NCBI GenBank assembly: GCA_963779015.1
Contig: CAVZWY010000011.1
Span: 20,344-84,343 of the forward strand
Origin: an uncultured Planctomycetaceae bacterium
GTDB taxonomy: Bacteria > Planctomycetota > Planctomycetia > Pirellulales > PALSA-1355
Direction: 5' to 3'
Length of the DNA stretch: 64,000 bases
Part shown: in pieces, positions 48,289 through 58,683 of the stretch
How the letters are laid out: the number at the start of each line of letters is the position of its first letter
Numbering within the stretch: position 1 is the stretch's first letter
The notes under the pieces: generated by a model
Told to the model about the DNA's origin: nothing
Database searches by the model: none
Seen by the model: the letters and a program-made list of their open reading frames with translations, nothing else
Translations under genes and position numbers: made by a program

Positions 48289-49914
48289 CTACCCTCGCGG
48301 GCGGCCGCCATCCAGTGGACTGGCGGCGTGGTCGGCGTTGCCGTTGGCCTCGGGGGGCTTGGCGGACGGGCTGCCGCCTTCGGTGCCGAGCTTGATCAGC
48401 GCCTCGGGCAGTTCGACTCCGCCGATGTCTTTGAGCACGTTCATCATCGGCGGCAGCGAGCCGGCGATGTTTTGCAGGAAACTGGCGGTGTTGCTCTTGC
48501 CGTTTTGGCCGCCGTTCTCCCAGACAATGACCTTGTCGAACTTGATGTTCGAGATGGCCTTGGCCGAGGCCTCCGCCAGGTTGTCGAGGTGTTCGAGCAT
48601 CAGTAGTTGGAACGCTTCTTTCGATCCGCCGCAGGCGTCGATGATCATTTTCAGACCTTCGCCCTTCTTGGCCAAGATTTCGTACTGGCCGCGTGCTTCG
48701 GCGTCGAGCTTGGCGAAAATGGCCGCGGCCTGGCCTTCAGCTTCGATGCGGCGCTTTTCGGCTTCCGCTTCGGCTTCGACGATCGTGCGAGCTTTCTGCG
48801 CCTTGGCGGGCGCTTCGAGTTCGGCCCGTTGCTCGGCCTCGCGCCGTTCGGCTTCGGCCAGCGCGGCCTTGGCCATGGCGCGGTTCTGCGCTTCGAGCAC
48901 GGCGGCTTCGGCCTCGCGCTTGCGCTTTTCGCCGATTTCGAAAGCGTCAGCCCGTTTGATCTGCAACTGCGCTTGCGAAGCGGCCACCAACGCCTGGGCC
49001 TCGTTCTCTCCCTCGATCGCCTTGGCGTCGGCGTCGGCCAGCGCAATGCGCATCGTGCGTTCGGCATCCTTGATGTTGGCGTCGCGCTGGAAACCGGCGG
49101 TTCGTTCGCCGATCTTCTGTTCCTTGTCGAGCTCGGCCAGGCGGACTGCTTGTTCGCGCTCGGCCAGGCGGGTGCCGATATCGCGATTCTTGTGGGCGTT
49201 GGCCACTTGGATCTGGCGGTCGCGCTCGGCCTCGGCGACACGCGTTTCGCCCATCCGCTCTTCGTCGGCCACGTCGCCGCGGGCTTGTTGGATCGCCTGG
49301 CTGGCGGCCTTCTGGCCGATGGCGTCGATGTAGCCCGACTCGTCCGTGATGTCCGTGATGTTCACATTGATCAGCACCAGGCCGATCTTCTTGAGTTCCG
49401 GTTCGAGCGACTTTTGCACGTGCTCGAGGAACGTTTCGCGATCGCGATTGATGTCCTCGATGCGCATCGAGGCGATGACCTGCCGCATCTGGCCGAAGAT
49501 GATTTCCTCCGCCTGGCTGCGCACGGCAGCACCGTTGAGCCCCAGCAGGCGGATGGCCGCGTTCTGCATCACCTCGGGGCTGGTGCCGATGGCCACGGTG
49601 AACACGCTGGGCACGTTGACGCGGATGTTTTCGATCGACAGCGCGCCGCGCAGCGGGATTTCGATCTGAATCGGCTCCAGGCTCAAGTAGCTGTAGTCCT
49701 GGAACAACGGCCACACGAACTTGGCGCCACCGTGAACGCAGCGCGCCGTATTGCCGCCGCCCACGCGGCCATAGATCACCAGCACGCGGTTGCTGGGGCA
49801 GCGCTTGTAGCGCGAGGTCAACAGCCGCAGGATGCTCACCAGGATCAGGGCCAGGACGACGAGCGTCGCGCCCCACCAAAACATTCCTTGGCTCATTTCT
49901 AAGAATTTAGGCAT
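48289..49914 (-). CDS. Flotillin / SPFH (band-7) family protein, YqiK-like
   Basis: N-terminal TM, SPFH domain, long EA-rich coiled-coil; its start overlaps the stop of the upstream NfeD-like gene. Confidence 0.8.
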   Translation of the reverse strand: MPKFLEMSQGMFWWGATLVVLALILVSILRLLTSRYKRCPSNRVLVIYGRVGGGNTARCVHGGAKFVWPLFQDYSYLSLEPIQIEIPLRGALSIENIRVNVPSVFTVAIGTSPEVMQNAAIRLLGLNGAAVRSQAEEIIFGQMRQVIASMRIEDINRDRETFLEHVQKSLEPELKKIGLVLINVNITDITDESGYIDAIGQKAASQAIQQARGDVADEERMGETRVAEAERDRQIQVANAHKNRDIGTRLAEREQAVRLAELDKEQKIGERTAGFQRDANIKDAERTMRIALADADAKAIEGENEAQALVAASQAQLQIKRADAFEIGEKRKREAEAAVLEAQNRAMAKAALAEAERREAEQRAELEAPAKAQKARTIVEAEAEAEKRRIEAEGQAAAIFAKLDAEARGQYEILAKKGEGLKMIIDACGGSKEAFQLLMLEHLDNLAEASAKAISNIKFDKVIVWENGGQNGKSNTASFLQNIAGSLPPMMNVLKDIGGVELPEALIKLGTEGGSPSAKPPEANGNADHAASPLDGGRPRG

Positions 49915-50539
49915 CGGAGCTTCTCGCTGGTTCGTGAATCGGTTCGACCTCGACGCAAGCGGGTCCCAACACGGAGACCACCACAACTCGCGTTCCGGTG
50001 GGCAGCTTTTCGCCGCCGGTGGACGCTTCGTATTCGATCAGCCGGTTTTGCACCGGCACGTGGACCTTGCCCTTGCCGGAGTGATTGGCCGGAACGGTCA
50101 GATAGACGGTGCCTTCTTCGCCGACGCTCATCGCGATGCGCTCGGTGCCGTCGGCCGTCAACTTGAACAGCCCACGCATGAGGAAGTAGACACCGTACAT
50201 CGACGCCAGCCCGCACGCCACGGCAATCACCAAGGGCAGCGGCATTTCGAAGCCCGAGGCCATCGACGCCTTGCCGGTCAGGCCGAAGAACGTCAGCCCG
50301 ATCAACACGGTGCGAAAGCTCAGCACGCCAAAGAGCCAGGTGGAGCCGTGATGGTGCTGGTGGGCGTCGCCCTCGTGGGCTTCACCGTCCGCTTGGCCGT
50401 CGTCCAAGCCGTCGATGTGATCGGCGACATCCTCGGCGTGATCGCCGCCGCCGTGGTCTTCGTCTCCGCCCAAGCCGAGTAGAAACTGGGCGACCAGCAC
50501 GTGTGAGCGTCTCGATTGTGGGTGGAAAATTTGGTCCAT
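49907..50539 (-). CDS. NfeD/YqiJ-like membrane protein, 3' part; the current ORF start (50539) lies inside the IS terminus, and the native 5' end is at 51994-52044
   Basis: His/Asp-rich loop, two TM helices and a C-terminal NfeD OB-fold (VHVPVQNRLIEYEA...GTRVVVVSV); the first 13 codons of this ORF are IS-derived. Confidence 0.6.
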   Translation of the reverse strand: MDQIFHPQSRRSHVLVAQFLLGLGGDEDHGGGDHAEDVADHIDGLDDGQADGEAHEGDAHQHHHGSTWLFGVLSFRTVLIGLTFFGLTGKASMASGFEMPLPLVIAVACGLASMYGVYFLMRGLFKLTADGTERIAMSVGEEGTVYLTVPANHSGKGKVHVPVQNRLIEYEASTGGEKLPTGTRVVVVSVLGPACVEVEPIHEPARSSDA

Positions 50540-51993
50540 TGGTAAGCTGGAAGTTGGGTTTACCTATTTTCCAGGTGTAGGAGACGGAATCATGGACCGG
50601 CCGAGTCGACATGAGATCGTGTTGAATGAGGACGAGCGGCGGATTTACGAGCGTTTGGAGCCGTTGTTTCAGCAGGAGCGGCTGCGCATGGCGCGAGCCT
50701 TGGCGAACGGTCCATTGTTCGGGAGCAAGGAGTTCGAGTTGCGCGACCAGGTCCACGACCTGGGAGCTAAGGCCCTGGAGGTGGCCGCCGACGAGCGGCA
50801 AAAAAAGGGACGGGTACGAGGGAGCTAGCTTGGTCTGTCCACATTGCCGGCACGACGCGAGGTTTGTGGGGCGGCGTGGCAAATGGTGTGAGAGTTTGTT
50901 GGGCTCGATTCGCCTGACACGTTGTTACTACCATTGCCGGGGCTGTGGCAAAGGGCATGTCCCGTGGGATCGGGAACTGGGATTAGGTGTCGCCACGCTC
51001 ACGCCGGCGGCCAGCGAAGTGGCCAGTATCGCGGGCGTGCAAACCAGTTTCGCGCAGTCAGCCGAAGTAACCTTGCAAAAGCTCTGTGGATTGCGGTTGA
51101 GTGAATCAACGGTCGAACGGGTTACTGAAGCCACTGGAGAGCGACTCGCGAAATTGCTGCACGACAAGGTGACCTTCGACGAGCAAAGCAAGCCCTGGAC
51201 CTGGCAACGCGATGGCGCGGCAAGCGCCGTGCCTACGTCAGCCTCGACGCCACCGGCGTGCGGCAACAAGGCGAGCGGGCAGCCAAAACCGAGGGCCGCA
51301 TGGCCTATGTTGGCATGCTTTACAATCCCCGTGGCAAGCACGACGACCAGCGCCCCGAACCGCATTCCGTGCGGTATTTAGCGGGTTTTTACGACCTGGA
51401 CGAACTGGGCTCGCAACTCCGCCGCCAGGCGGCGCAAGTGGGCTGGGACGAGGCCGACCAGCAGATCGCACTGTCGGACGGCGGCAGCGGGCTGGAAGAA
51501 TTCTTTCGCAAGAACTTCCCGCTGGCCGAGTGCATCCTCGACTTCTGGCACGCCGCCGAACATCTTACTGAGCTGGGACTCGCCTTGCATCCCGACGACG
51601 AGCGGCAACGCCGAGAGCAGGTTGCCGCCTGGTGTCATCAATTGAAGCACGAAGGTGGCGCGCCGACGCTGGCCGCCCTGGAAGTAATTCAACTGGACGG
51701 CAAGCCACCCGCGGCGCGGCGCGCACGCCGACTGCGTGCGCTACTTCCACAACCATCAGCATCGCATGGACTATCCGCGCTACCTGGCCAACGGTTGGCA
51801 GATCGGCTCGGGCCCCGTCGAGAGCGCTTGCAAGACAGTCGTGGCCAACCGCCTCAAAGGCAGCGGCATGCGCTGGGGCGAGGATGGCTCCGATGCCGTC
51901 TGCCACCTCCGTGCCCTCTACCTCAGCCAGCCCGGCCAGTGGGAATCCTTCTGGAAAAACTACCCAAACTAACCACAATCGTGACGCTCACAC
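50501..51993 (+). mobile_element. ISKra4-family insertion sequence (1493 bp) with 22/23-bp terminal inverted repeats and 9-bp target-site duplication
   Basis: IRL gtgtgagcgtctcgattgtgggt (50501-50523); IRR accacaatcgtgacgctcacac (51972-51993); direct repeat gaccagcac at 50492-50500 and 51994-52002. Confidence 0.8.
50592..51972 (+). CDS. ISKra4-family transposase, three apparent frameshifts (near 50830, 51250 and 51720)
   Basis: N-terminal Zn-finger CPHCRHDARF...CRGCGKGH; MAYVGMLYNP; C-terminal YLANGWQIGSGPVESACKTVVANRLKGSGMRW. Confidence 0.75.
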
Positions 51994-52044
51994 GACCAGC
52001 ACCGTGCCGCCAAAGATCGCACACGCCAAAAACAGATATTCCAT
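51994..52044 (-). other. Orphaned 5' end (17 codons, MEYLFLACAIFGGTVLV) of the IS-interrupted nfeD/yqiJ-like gene
   Basis: Joining 52044-51994 to 50500-49907 after removing the IS and one copy of the 9-bp duplication restores a continuous NfeD-like ORF. Confidence 0.55.
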
Positions 52045-52280
52045 CGTCGGGACCCTCGCCTCATTGCCAAGACTGCCGACTGCAAACGCTTCACTATTAG
52101 AAACGCCGCCCCGAGACGAGTTGTGCGCGCTAAAGCCTGAAGTGGGGCGAATCTGCGAAATCTTCGGGCGCAAAACGAAACGTGTCAAACATTTCGGCGG
52201 TACAAGACGCCCCACCCATGTGGCAAACGCCCGCGGCGAGCGGCATTTAAGGCATGTGCGGGCAAGTTGGAGAAGCGCGG

Positions 52281-53147
52281 TTAGCTACTTGCGCTTCGGT
52301 AGCTGCCCATCGCCTTCAAAAAGACGCGGCGCGATGCCCATAGCGACGCTGCGGCGGCCAGCACGGCAAACGCGGCCAGCGGCCAGCTTTGGGACGCAAA
52401 CGGCTGCGCCATCAGCCGCGCCGGCACGTTGACCACTACCAGCAGCGGAATGATGAAAGTGAAAAACCAGCGCAGCGGGCCGCCGATCTCGCCGCGATAG
52501 ATTTCCATCGGGTAGCGCGAAAAGTTGGTGATGTAGAACCAGAACTCGTAGAGCGTCTGGTTGCGGCCCAGCCATACGCTGGTGGCCGCCAGCGCAATCA
52601 TCAGGCTGTAGAGAATGGCCACGCCGCAGGCGACATACAGCGGATAGAGCAACACCTGGATCGGCGCAGGCCAGTAGTTCAGCTTCGCCAGCGACACGCT
52701 CAGCAACAGCAATCCGAAAAAGAAGTTCGCCAGCGACGACCAACTGATCTTTTGCAGCGAGACCAGGAACTGGGTGTCGATCGGATTGAGCAGCGCGAAA
52801 TCGAGATTGCCCGTGCGAATCAACTCGCTGAACTCTTCGCAGTTGGGCATGAAGAACGCCTGCACGATACTGTTGATGAACAACGTGGTGGCCAGGAAGA
52901 TCAGGAATTGATACTGGCCCCAGCCGGTCCCTTCGCCGATCGAGGGAGCGAAGCGAAACACGAGCAAGTAGTAGCCCAGGTTCATGCCCATCCAAGCCAG
53001 CGACGTGATGCACTCGATAATGAAATTGGTGCGAAAGGTCATGTCGCGCACCAGGCTGTTGCGCGCGAAAGTAAGAAATACGCGGCGATACGAAGGCCGC
53101 ACCGCCGGGCCGGGTTCGCGCGTCAAGGCTTCATCGAGAGTGCTCAT
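52281..53147 (-). CDS. ABC-2 family transporter permease
   Basis: 288 aa, six TM helices; co-oriented with the ATPase gene. Confidence 0.6.
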   Translation of the reverse strand: MSTLDEALTREPGPAVRPSYRRVFLTFARNSLVRDMTFRTNFIIECITSLAWMGMNLGYYLLVFRFAPSIGEGTGWGQYQFLIFLATTLFINSIVQAFFMPNCEEFSELIRTGNLDFALLNPIDTQFLVSLQKISWSSLANFFFGLLLLSVSLAKLNYWPAPIQVLLYPLYVACGVAILYSLMIALAATSVWLGRNQTLYEFWFYITNFSRYPMEIYRGEIGGPLRWFFTFIIPLLVVVNVPARLMAQPFASQSWPLAAFAVLAAAASLWASRRVFLKAMGSYRSASS

Positions 53148-53159
53148 CGCATCGCTCCG

Positions 53160-54056
53160 TTAGCCCCCGAATCCGCTGTAGCGTTTGACGCCCAGAGTGA
53201 ACATCACGCGGCACAAGACGATGAAAAAGACCACCCAGGCGGCTTGCACGGCCAGCCCCCAGGCCAGATCGGCGCCCTGTACCTTGCCCAGGAACACGGC
53301 TGCGGGGAAATATGCCAAATACTGCAACGGGATGATCCGCACCAGCGTGCCCCAGAAGCCGGGCAACATATCGATGGGAAACATGTGCCCGGAAAAGAAG
53401 AAGTTGAACAGCATGTAGATGAACAACAGCGAGCTGACCTCCAGCCACCAGAAGCCGATCAACCCGAAGCAGGCCTCGAGAAAGAAGCCCAACAGGAACG
53501 ACATCACCAGCGAGGCGATGTAAGCGGCCATGATGTGCGGCGGCGGCCAGCCCTCGAAGAACGAGCGGCAGAGGTAAAACACCAGGGCATAGGGCAGCTG
53601 CGGCCACGATGTAGTAGACCAACTTGTGCGCCACGCGGCCCAGCAACAGAAAGCCGATCAGGTCGACCGGCTGCACGAGGAATTTCTTGATCTCGCCGTT
53701 GCGGATCTGCAACGAGATATTCGTCGCCAGTCCGGGCATGCTGGAAAATGCCCGGCTGATTTGCGTCAGCAAGTAGTAGGCGATCATCTGGTCGTAGGTG
53801 TAGCCCGCTATGGTGGCGGCGCCGCCCGCGCCCGCCACGGCGTCGAAGATGGCGCCCAGAAGAAGACTTGCGTCACCAGCGGCAGGAACCGCATGAGCGT
53901 GCCGAGCGCGAAGTCGCCGCGATAGACCAGGCGCTCTTCGATCGACACGTGCAGGATGATCCACCACGTGCGCAGTGACGAAGGGTGCAGGTGCGCCGCT
54001 GCGCCGCCTGGCCCGGCCTCGATCAACGGACTATTGGGTTCGACGACCACCATCAC
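53160..54056 (-). CDS. ABC-2 family transporter permease; two apparent frameshifts (near 53830 and near 53600)
   Basis: Three collinear hydrophobic ORF pieces. Confidence 0.55.
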
Positions 54057-54062
54057 TCGTTG

Positions 54063-55076
54063 TCACGCATGGGGATGCGCCGCCTCGGGTTCGGGCTGGA
54101 ACGATGCTTGCGAAAAGACTTCCGCGATCACATCTTCCAGCAGCGGATCTTCGACGCTCACGTCTTCCACCGTGTGCTGCGCCAAAATGGAAGCCAGCGA
54201 TTCGGCGATGCCGTTGCGGTCCACCCGCAGTTTCACCTTGGGCCCCTGCTGCTCCACCAGATCACCGTGACGGGCCAGATCGCCGGGCGCCTTGTCGCCG
54301 GGAAACACCAACGTGATCACCTTGTGGCCGCTGAATTGATCGACGATGCCCCCCAGGGAGCCGTCGTACATGATCTTGCCGTGCGCGATGATCACCACCC
54401 GGCGACACAGCGCGGCCACGTCCTTCATATAGTGGCTCGTGAGCAGCACGGTCACTTTGCGCAGTTGCTGATAGTGGCGCAAGAACGCCTGAATGCTGTG
54501 CTGCGCCACCACGTCCAAACCGATCGTGGGCTCGTCGAGGAACAGCACCTCGGGCGAGTGCAGTAGCGCCGCGATCAGTTCCATCTTCATTCGCTCGCCC
54601 AGCGACAGCTCGCGAACCGGCTGGCCGAGCAGCCGCGAGACTTGCAGCAGGTCGACCAACTCGTCGCGCCGCCGATCGAACTGGTCGGCGTCGATGCCAT
54701 AGATCTGCTGGTGCAGGCGAAACGATTCCTGCGCGGGCAAGTCCCACCAAAGCTGGTTCTTTTGCCCCATCACCAGCGCGAATCGACGACGATAGGCGTT
54801 CTCGCGCTTCCACGGCACGAAGCCCATGACCCGGGCGGTGCCGCTGCTGGGATTGATGACGCCGGAGAGCAACTTGAGCGTGGTGGTTTTGCCGGCGCCG
54901 TTGGGTCCGAGAAAGGCAACGAACTCGCCGCTCTCGACCCGCAGATCGATGCCGCCGACCGCCGGCACCTCGCGGTACGAGCGATGAAACAGCCCGCGAA
55001 CGCTCGCCAGCAAGCCTTCCTGCTTTTGATAAACGCGATAGGACTTCGCCAGTCCGTCAATTTCGATGATCGCCAT
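54063..55076 (-). CDS. ABC transporter ATP-binding protein
   Basis: GPNGAGKTT (Walker A), [15 protein letters not shown] (signature), [12 protein letters not shown] (Walker B), H-loop. Confidence 0.85.
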   Translation of the reverse strand: MAIIEIDGLAKSYRVYQKQEGLLASVRGLFHRSYREVPAVGGIDLRVESGEFVAFLGPNGAGKTTTLKLLSGVINPSSGTARVMGFVPWKRENAYRRRFALVMGQKNQLWWDLPAQESFRLHQQIYGIDADQFDRRRDELVDLLQVSRLLGQPVRELSLGERMKMELIAALLHSPEVLFLDEPTIGLDVVAQHSIQAFLRHYQQLRKVTVLLTSHYMKDVAALCRRVVIIAHGKIMYDGSLGGIVDQFSGHKVITLVFPGDKAPGDLARHGDLVEQQGPKVKLRVDRNGIAESLASILAQHTVEDVSVEDPLLEDVIAEVFSQASFQPEPEAAHPHA

Positions 55077-55212
55077 AGGTGAGCGATTATAGGGAGCGAC
55101 CCGTGGGCGGGAAAGCACGCAACGCAACGGCGAGAGCCGGCGGAAGGCGGCCACGGCTCGCGTTGTCGGCCGCTGGCCCATTCGATATAATCGCCGCGCA
55201 CGTAAGGTGCTA

Positions 55213-55745
55213 TGGCAAACCAAGATCAGGAGCCACGGCCACGCAAGCTGCACGGATCGGAATCGGACACGATACGCATCGACTGGCCCCCGGCGGACCG
55301 TTGCGTTTGGGCGGCATCGATGTCCCCTGCGACCGCTCGGCCGTTGGCCACAGCGATGCCGATGTCTTGCTGCATGCAGTAACCGACGCCCTGTTGGGAG
55401 CCGCCAGCCTGGGGGATATCGGCGAGTTGTTTCCCGACAGCGACCCGGCCAACCGGGGGCGCGATTCGCGCGAAATGCTCGCCATCGTCCGCGACCGGGT
55501 GAAAGCCAAGGGATTTGAGATCATCAACGTGGATTGCATCGTGTTTGTCCAAAACCCCAAACTTTCGCCCTACAAGAAGGCGCTCTGCGAGTCGCTTGCC
55601 TCGCTGTTGGAGATTCCGCCCGATGGCGTCAACGTGAAGGCCAAGACGGGTGAAGCCGTTGGGCCCGTCGGCCGCGAGGAAGCGATCATGGCCGAGTGCG
55701 TGGCGTTGCTTGCCGAGGCGCCTGGGACGTCACCGAGCCCATGTA
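55213..55745 (+). CDS. ispF: 2-C-methyl-D-erythritol 2,4-cyclodiphosphate synthase IspF (5' and 3' ends approximate; probable indels at both ends)
   Basis: [11 protein letters not shown]...[34 protein letters not shown]...INVDCIV. Confidence 0.7.
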
Positions 55746-55822
55746 AGAATTCGCCAGCTCAAGGGATTGAGATGCTCACCACCAAGTCCAACCGTTCCGC
55801 AGTCACCCCCAGCGAGTCGCGC

Positions 55823-57370
55823 ATGCCGATTCGAGTCTACAACACGCTGTCGAAGGAAAAAGAGCCGTTCGTGCCGCTCGTGCCCGGCAAGCTGGGCATC
55901 TATCTGTGCGGGCCAACGGTCTATAAGCCGAGCCACGTCGGACACATGGTCGGCCCGGTCATTTTCGATGCGATCAAGCGCTACCTGACATACTCGGGCT
56001 ACAAGGTCACGCTGGTGATCAACGTCACCGATGTCGACGACAAGCTGATCAACGAGTCGAACCGCCGCAAGATGAGCATGGCGGCCTTGGCCGAGGAAAT
56101 GACGGCAGACTACATGCGCAATCTGCAAACGATGGGCATCGACACCGTCGATCATTTCCCCAAAGCCACGGACAACATCGACGAGATCATCAAGATCACG
56201 CAATCGCTCATCGACAAGGGCTTTGCCTACGCATCGGACGGCGACGTTTATTTCGAAGTCTCGCGCGATCCCCAATACGGCAAACTCAGCAATCGCGACG
56301 TGACGAGCATGCTGGGCGAAGGGGGCGACATGGCCGAGCGCAAACGTTCGACCGCCGATTTCGCCCTGTGGAAGAGCGCCAAGCCGGGCGAGCCCTCGTG
56401 GGACAGCCCTTGGGGCAAAGGGCGGCCCGGCTGGCACATCGAGTGCTCTGCCATGAGCAGCAAGATCCTGGGCGAGACGTTCGACATCCACGGCGGCGGA
56501 TTGGACCTGGTGTTTCCGCACCACGAAAACGAAATCGCCCAAAGCGAATGCGCCCACGGCAAGCCGCAAGCCAAGTATTGGATGCACAACGGGCTGATGC
56601 AGGCCTCGAACGAAGTGGGTAAAGTCGGCGGACGCGCCATGCGCACCGCCGACGCCGCCGACCAGCAGAGCCAGGAAGCCGGCAAGCTCGGCAAGAGCAA
56701 GGGCGCCGCGCCGTTTACCGAATTGCTGGCCAGGTTTCCGGCCGAAACGATCCGCTTCTTCCTGCTCTCGACCCACTATCGCCGCCCGATCGATTTCAGC
56801 GAGGCGCGCATCGAAGAGGTCGGCACCGGGCTGGAACAGTTCTATCGCTTCTTCAAACGCTACGAACGCGTGACCGGCGAAGACTTCTATCAAGTGGACT
56901 ATGCCCGCGGGCGCAGCGACGGCGAGTTCGATCCCGGCAACGACGCCACGCTGGTGGGCGTGGCCGAGTGTCGCCGCCGCTTTCTGGAGGCGATGGACGA
57001 CGACTTCAACACCGGCGGCGCCGTGGCCGATCTGTTCGAACTGATGCGCGTGCTAAACAAGTACGTGGATGACCACAAGCTGGAGGCCGCCAAGCCAAGC
57101 GCCGACCAGCTCGCCGTGCTGCGGCAAGGCGCCAGCACGCTACGCGAGTTAGGCGCCACGGTGGGCATGTTCCGCGCCGCGCCGGCCAAGGCGGCTGGCG
57201 GCGGTGACGACGAGCTGGTGAGTCAGTTGATGAAACTGCTGATCGACTTGCGGGCCGCGGCGCACGGCAAGAAGGACTTCGCCACCGCCGATCAGATTCG
57301 CAACACGCTCAACGAGATCGGCATCGCGCTGGAAGATCGTCCCGGCGGAACCGAATGGGCCGTCAAATGA
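55823..57370 (+). CDS. cysS: Cysteine--tRNA ligase
   Basis: [15 protein letters not shown] (HIGH), KMSKS-region GKMSNRD-like, HIECSAMS zinc site; full length. Confidence 0.9.
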   Translation: MPIRVYNTLSKEKEPFVPLVPGKLGIYLCGPTVYKPSHVGHMVGPVIFDAIKRYLTYSGYKVTLVINVTDVDDKLINESNRRKMSMAALAEEMTADYMRNLQTMGIDTVDHFPKATDNIDEIIKITQSLIDKGFAYASDGDVYFEVSRDPQYGKLSNRDVTSMLGEGGDMAERKRSTADFALWKSAKPGEPSWDSPWGKGRPGWHIECSAMSSKILGETFDIHGGGLDLVFPHHENEIAQSECAHGKPQAKYWMHNGLMQASNEVGKVGGRAMRTADAADQQSQEAGKLGKSKGAAPFTELLARFPAETIRFFLLSTHYRRPIDFSEARIEEVGTGLEQFYRFFKRYERVTGEDFYQVDYARGRSDGEFDPGNDATLVGVAECRRRFLEAMDDDFNTGGAVADLFELMRVLNKYVDDHKLEAAKPSADQLAVLRQGASTLRELGATVGMFRAAPAKAAGGGDDELVSQLMKLLIDLRAAAHGKKDFATADQIRNTLNEIGIALEDRPGGTEWAVK

Positions 57371-57897
57371 ACGCCCGCAACGGCACGGACGCAGTGCGCA
57401 TCCTGGGCATCGACCCCGGGCTGAACATCACAGGCTACGGCGTGCTGGAAATCGCGCACGGCGGCATGCGGCTGTGCGAGGCGGGCGTGGTGCGCGGCAA
57501 GACCAAGGGATCGCTCACCGCGCGGCTGGCCGAGATTCATGCGGGCGTGGCCGACGTGATCGCGTCGCTGGCGCCCACATCGATGGCGATCGAGCAGCTC
57601 TACTCACACTACAAGCATCCCCGCACGGCGATTTTGATGGGACACGCGCGGGGCGTGATCTGCCTGGCCGCGGCGCAAGCCGACGTGGAGGTGGTACACT
57701 ATTCGGCCACTCAGATCAAACGTATTTTGACCGGCGATGGCCGCGCCCCCAAAAGCCAGATGCAGTTGGCCATCCGCAACGAGTTGTCGCTGGCGCAAGT
57801 GCCCGACCCGCCCGACGTGGCCGATGCCTTGGCCGTGGCCGTGTGTCACTACTATTTGCACGTTCGACGCAATGCGCTGAAACAAAAACCGGCGTAA
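57355..57897 (+). CDS. ruvC: Holliday junction resolvase RuvC
   Basis: [17 protein letters not shown]...; catalytic residues; 180 aa, intact. Confidence 0.9.
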   Translation: MGRQMNARNGTDAVRILGIDPGLNITGYGVLEIAHGGMRLCEAGVVRGKTKGSLTARLAEIHAGVADVIASLAPTSMAIEQLYSHYKHPRTAILMGHARGVICLAAAQADVEVVHYSATQIKRILTGDGRAPKSQMQLAIRNELSLAQVPDPPDVADALAVAVCHYYLHVRRNALKQKPA

Positions 57898-58008
57898 TCT
57901 GTCCCAAACACCAACCCGAAGTGCAAGCGAGGGACGGAAATAACGTATCCCTTCCGATCCATTCCCTCGCTGGCGCTTGGGCTTGGTGTGTCCATTCCCG
58001 AGATCCAC

Positions 58009-58634
58009 AATTGATCACCAAAATCACCGGCAAACTGGTCACGCTTAACGACGACGTGCTGACGCTGGGCATCGATGCCTTCGAGTACGAAGTGCTCATT
58101 CCCGACTTTTCGCGGCGGCAGTTGCAGGGCCAACTGGGCGAGACCGTGCGGCTGCACACGATCGAGTACCTGGAAGGTAACCCGATGCAGGGGCGGCTCA
58201 CGCCGCGCTTGATCGGGTTTCTCACCGAAGTGGAGCGCGAGTTCTTCGAGCTGTTCTGCTCGGTCGACGGCGTGGGCGTGAAGAAAGCGTTGCGGGCCAT
58301 GGTCCGTCCGGTGCGCGACGTCGCGCAGGCCATCGAAGACCAGGACGCCAAAACGCTCTCGTCGCTGCCGGGCATTGGTCCGGCGATGGCCGAACGGATC
58401 GTGGCGAAGCTGCGTCGCAAGGTGCCCAAGTTCGCCCTGATGGCGGCCCGAGACGAACCGACCGCGGCCGACGTCGAGAAAGACGTGGTCGGCGAGACCT
58501 ACGAAGTGCTGTTGAGCCTGGGCCACAGCGAGCGTGATGCCCGCCGATTGGTCGACGCGGTGCTAGGGCAAAAGAAGAAGTACAAAGACGTGCAAGACAT
58601 GCTGCAAGCCATCTATCAGCAGAGCCAGGGGTAG
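58009..58634 (+). CDS. ruvA: Holliday junction DNA helicase RuvA (TTG start)
   Basis: [10 protein letters not shown]...GYEVLIP, HhH motifs [17 protein letters not shown]-terminal domain III. Confidence 0.8.
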
Positions 58635-58683
58635 AATACTTGATTGGTCTGGGGCCCCTGCCGATGCTAGAATGATGGCGGAG

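Noticed and set aside
55079-57370. 763-aa ORF suggesting an IspF-CysS fusion protein
   Set aside because: There is no stop between ispF and cysS in this frame. However, CysS has its own canonical N-terminus ([16 protein letters not shown]) 80 codons after the expected IspF end. A stop (TAA) lies in the +2 frame at about 55745, and the assembly has frequent homopolymer indels. A lost stop is more likely than a real fusion.
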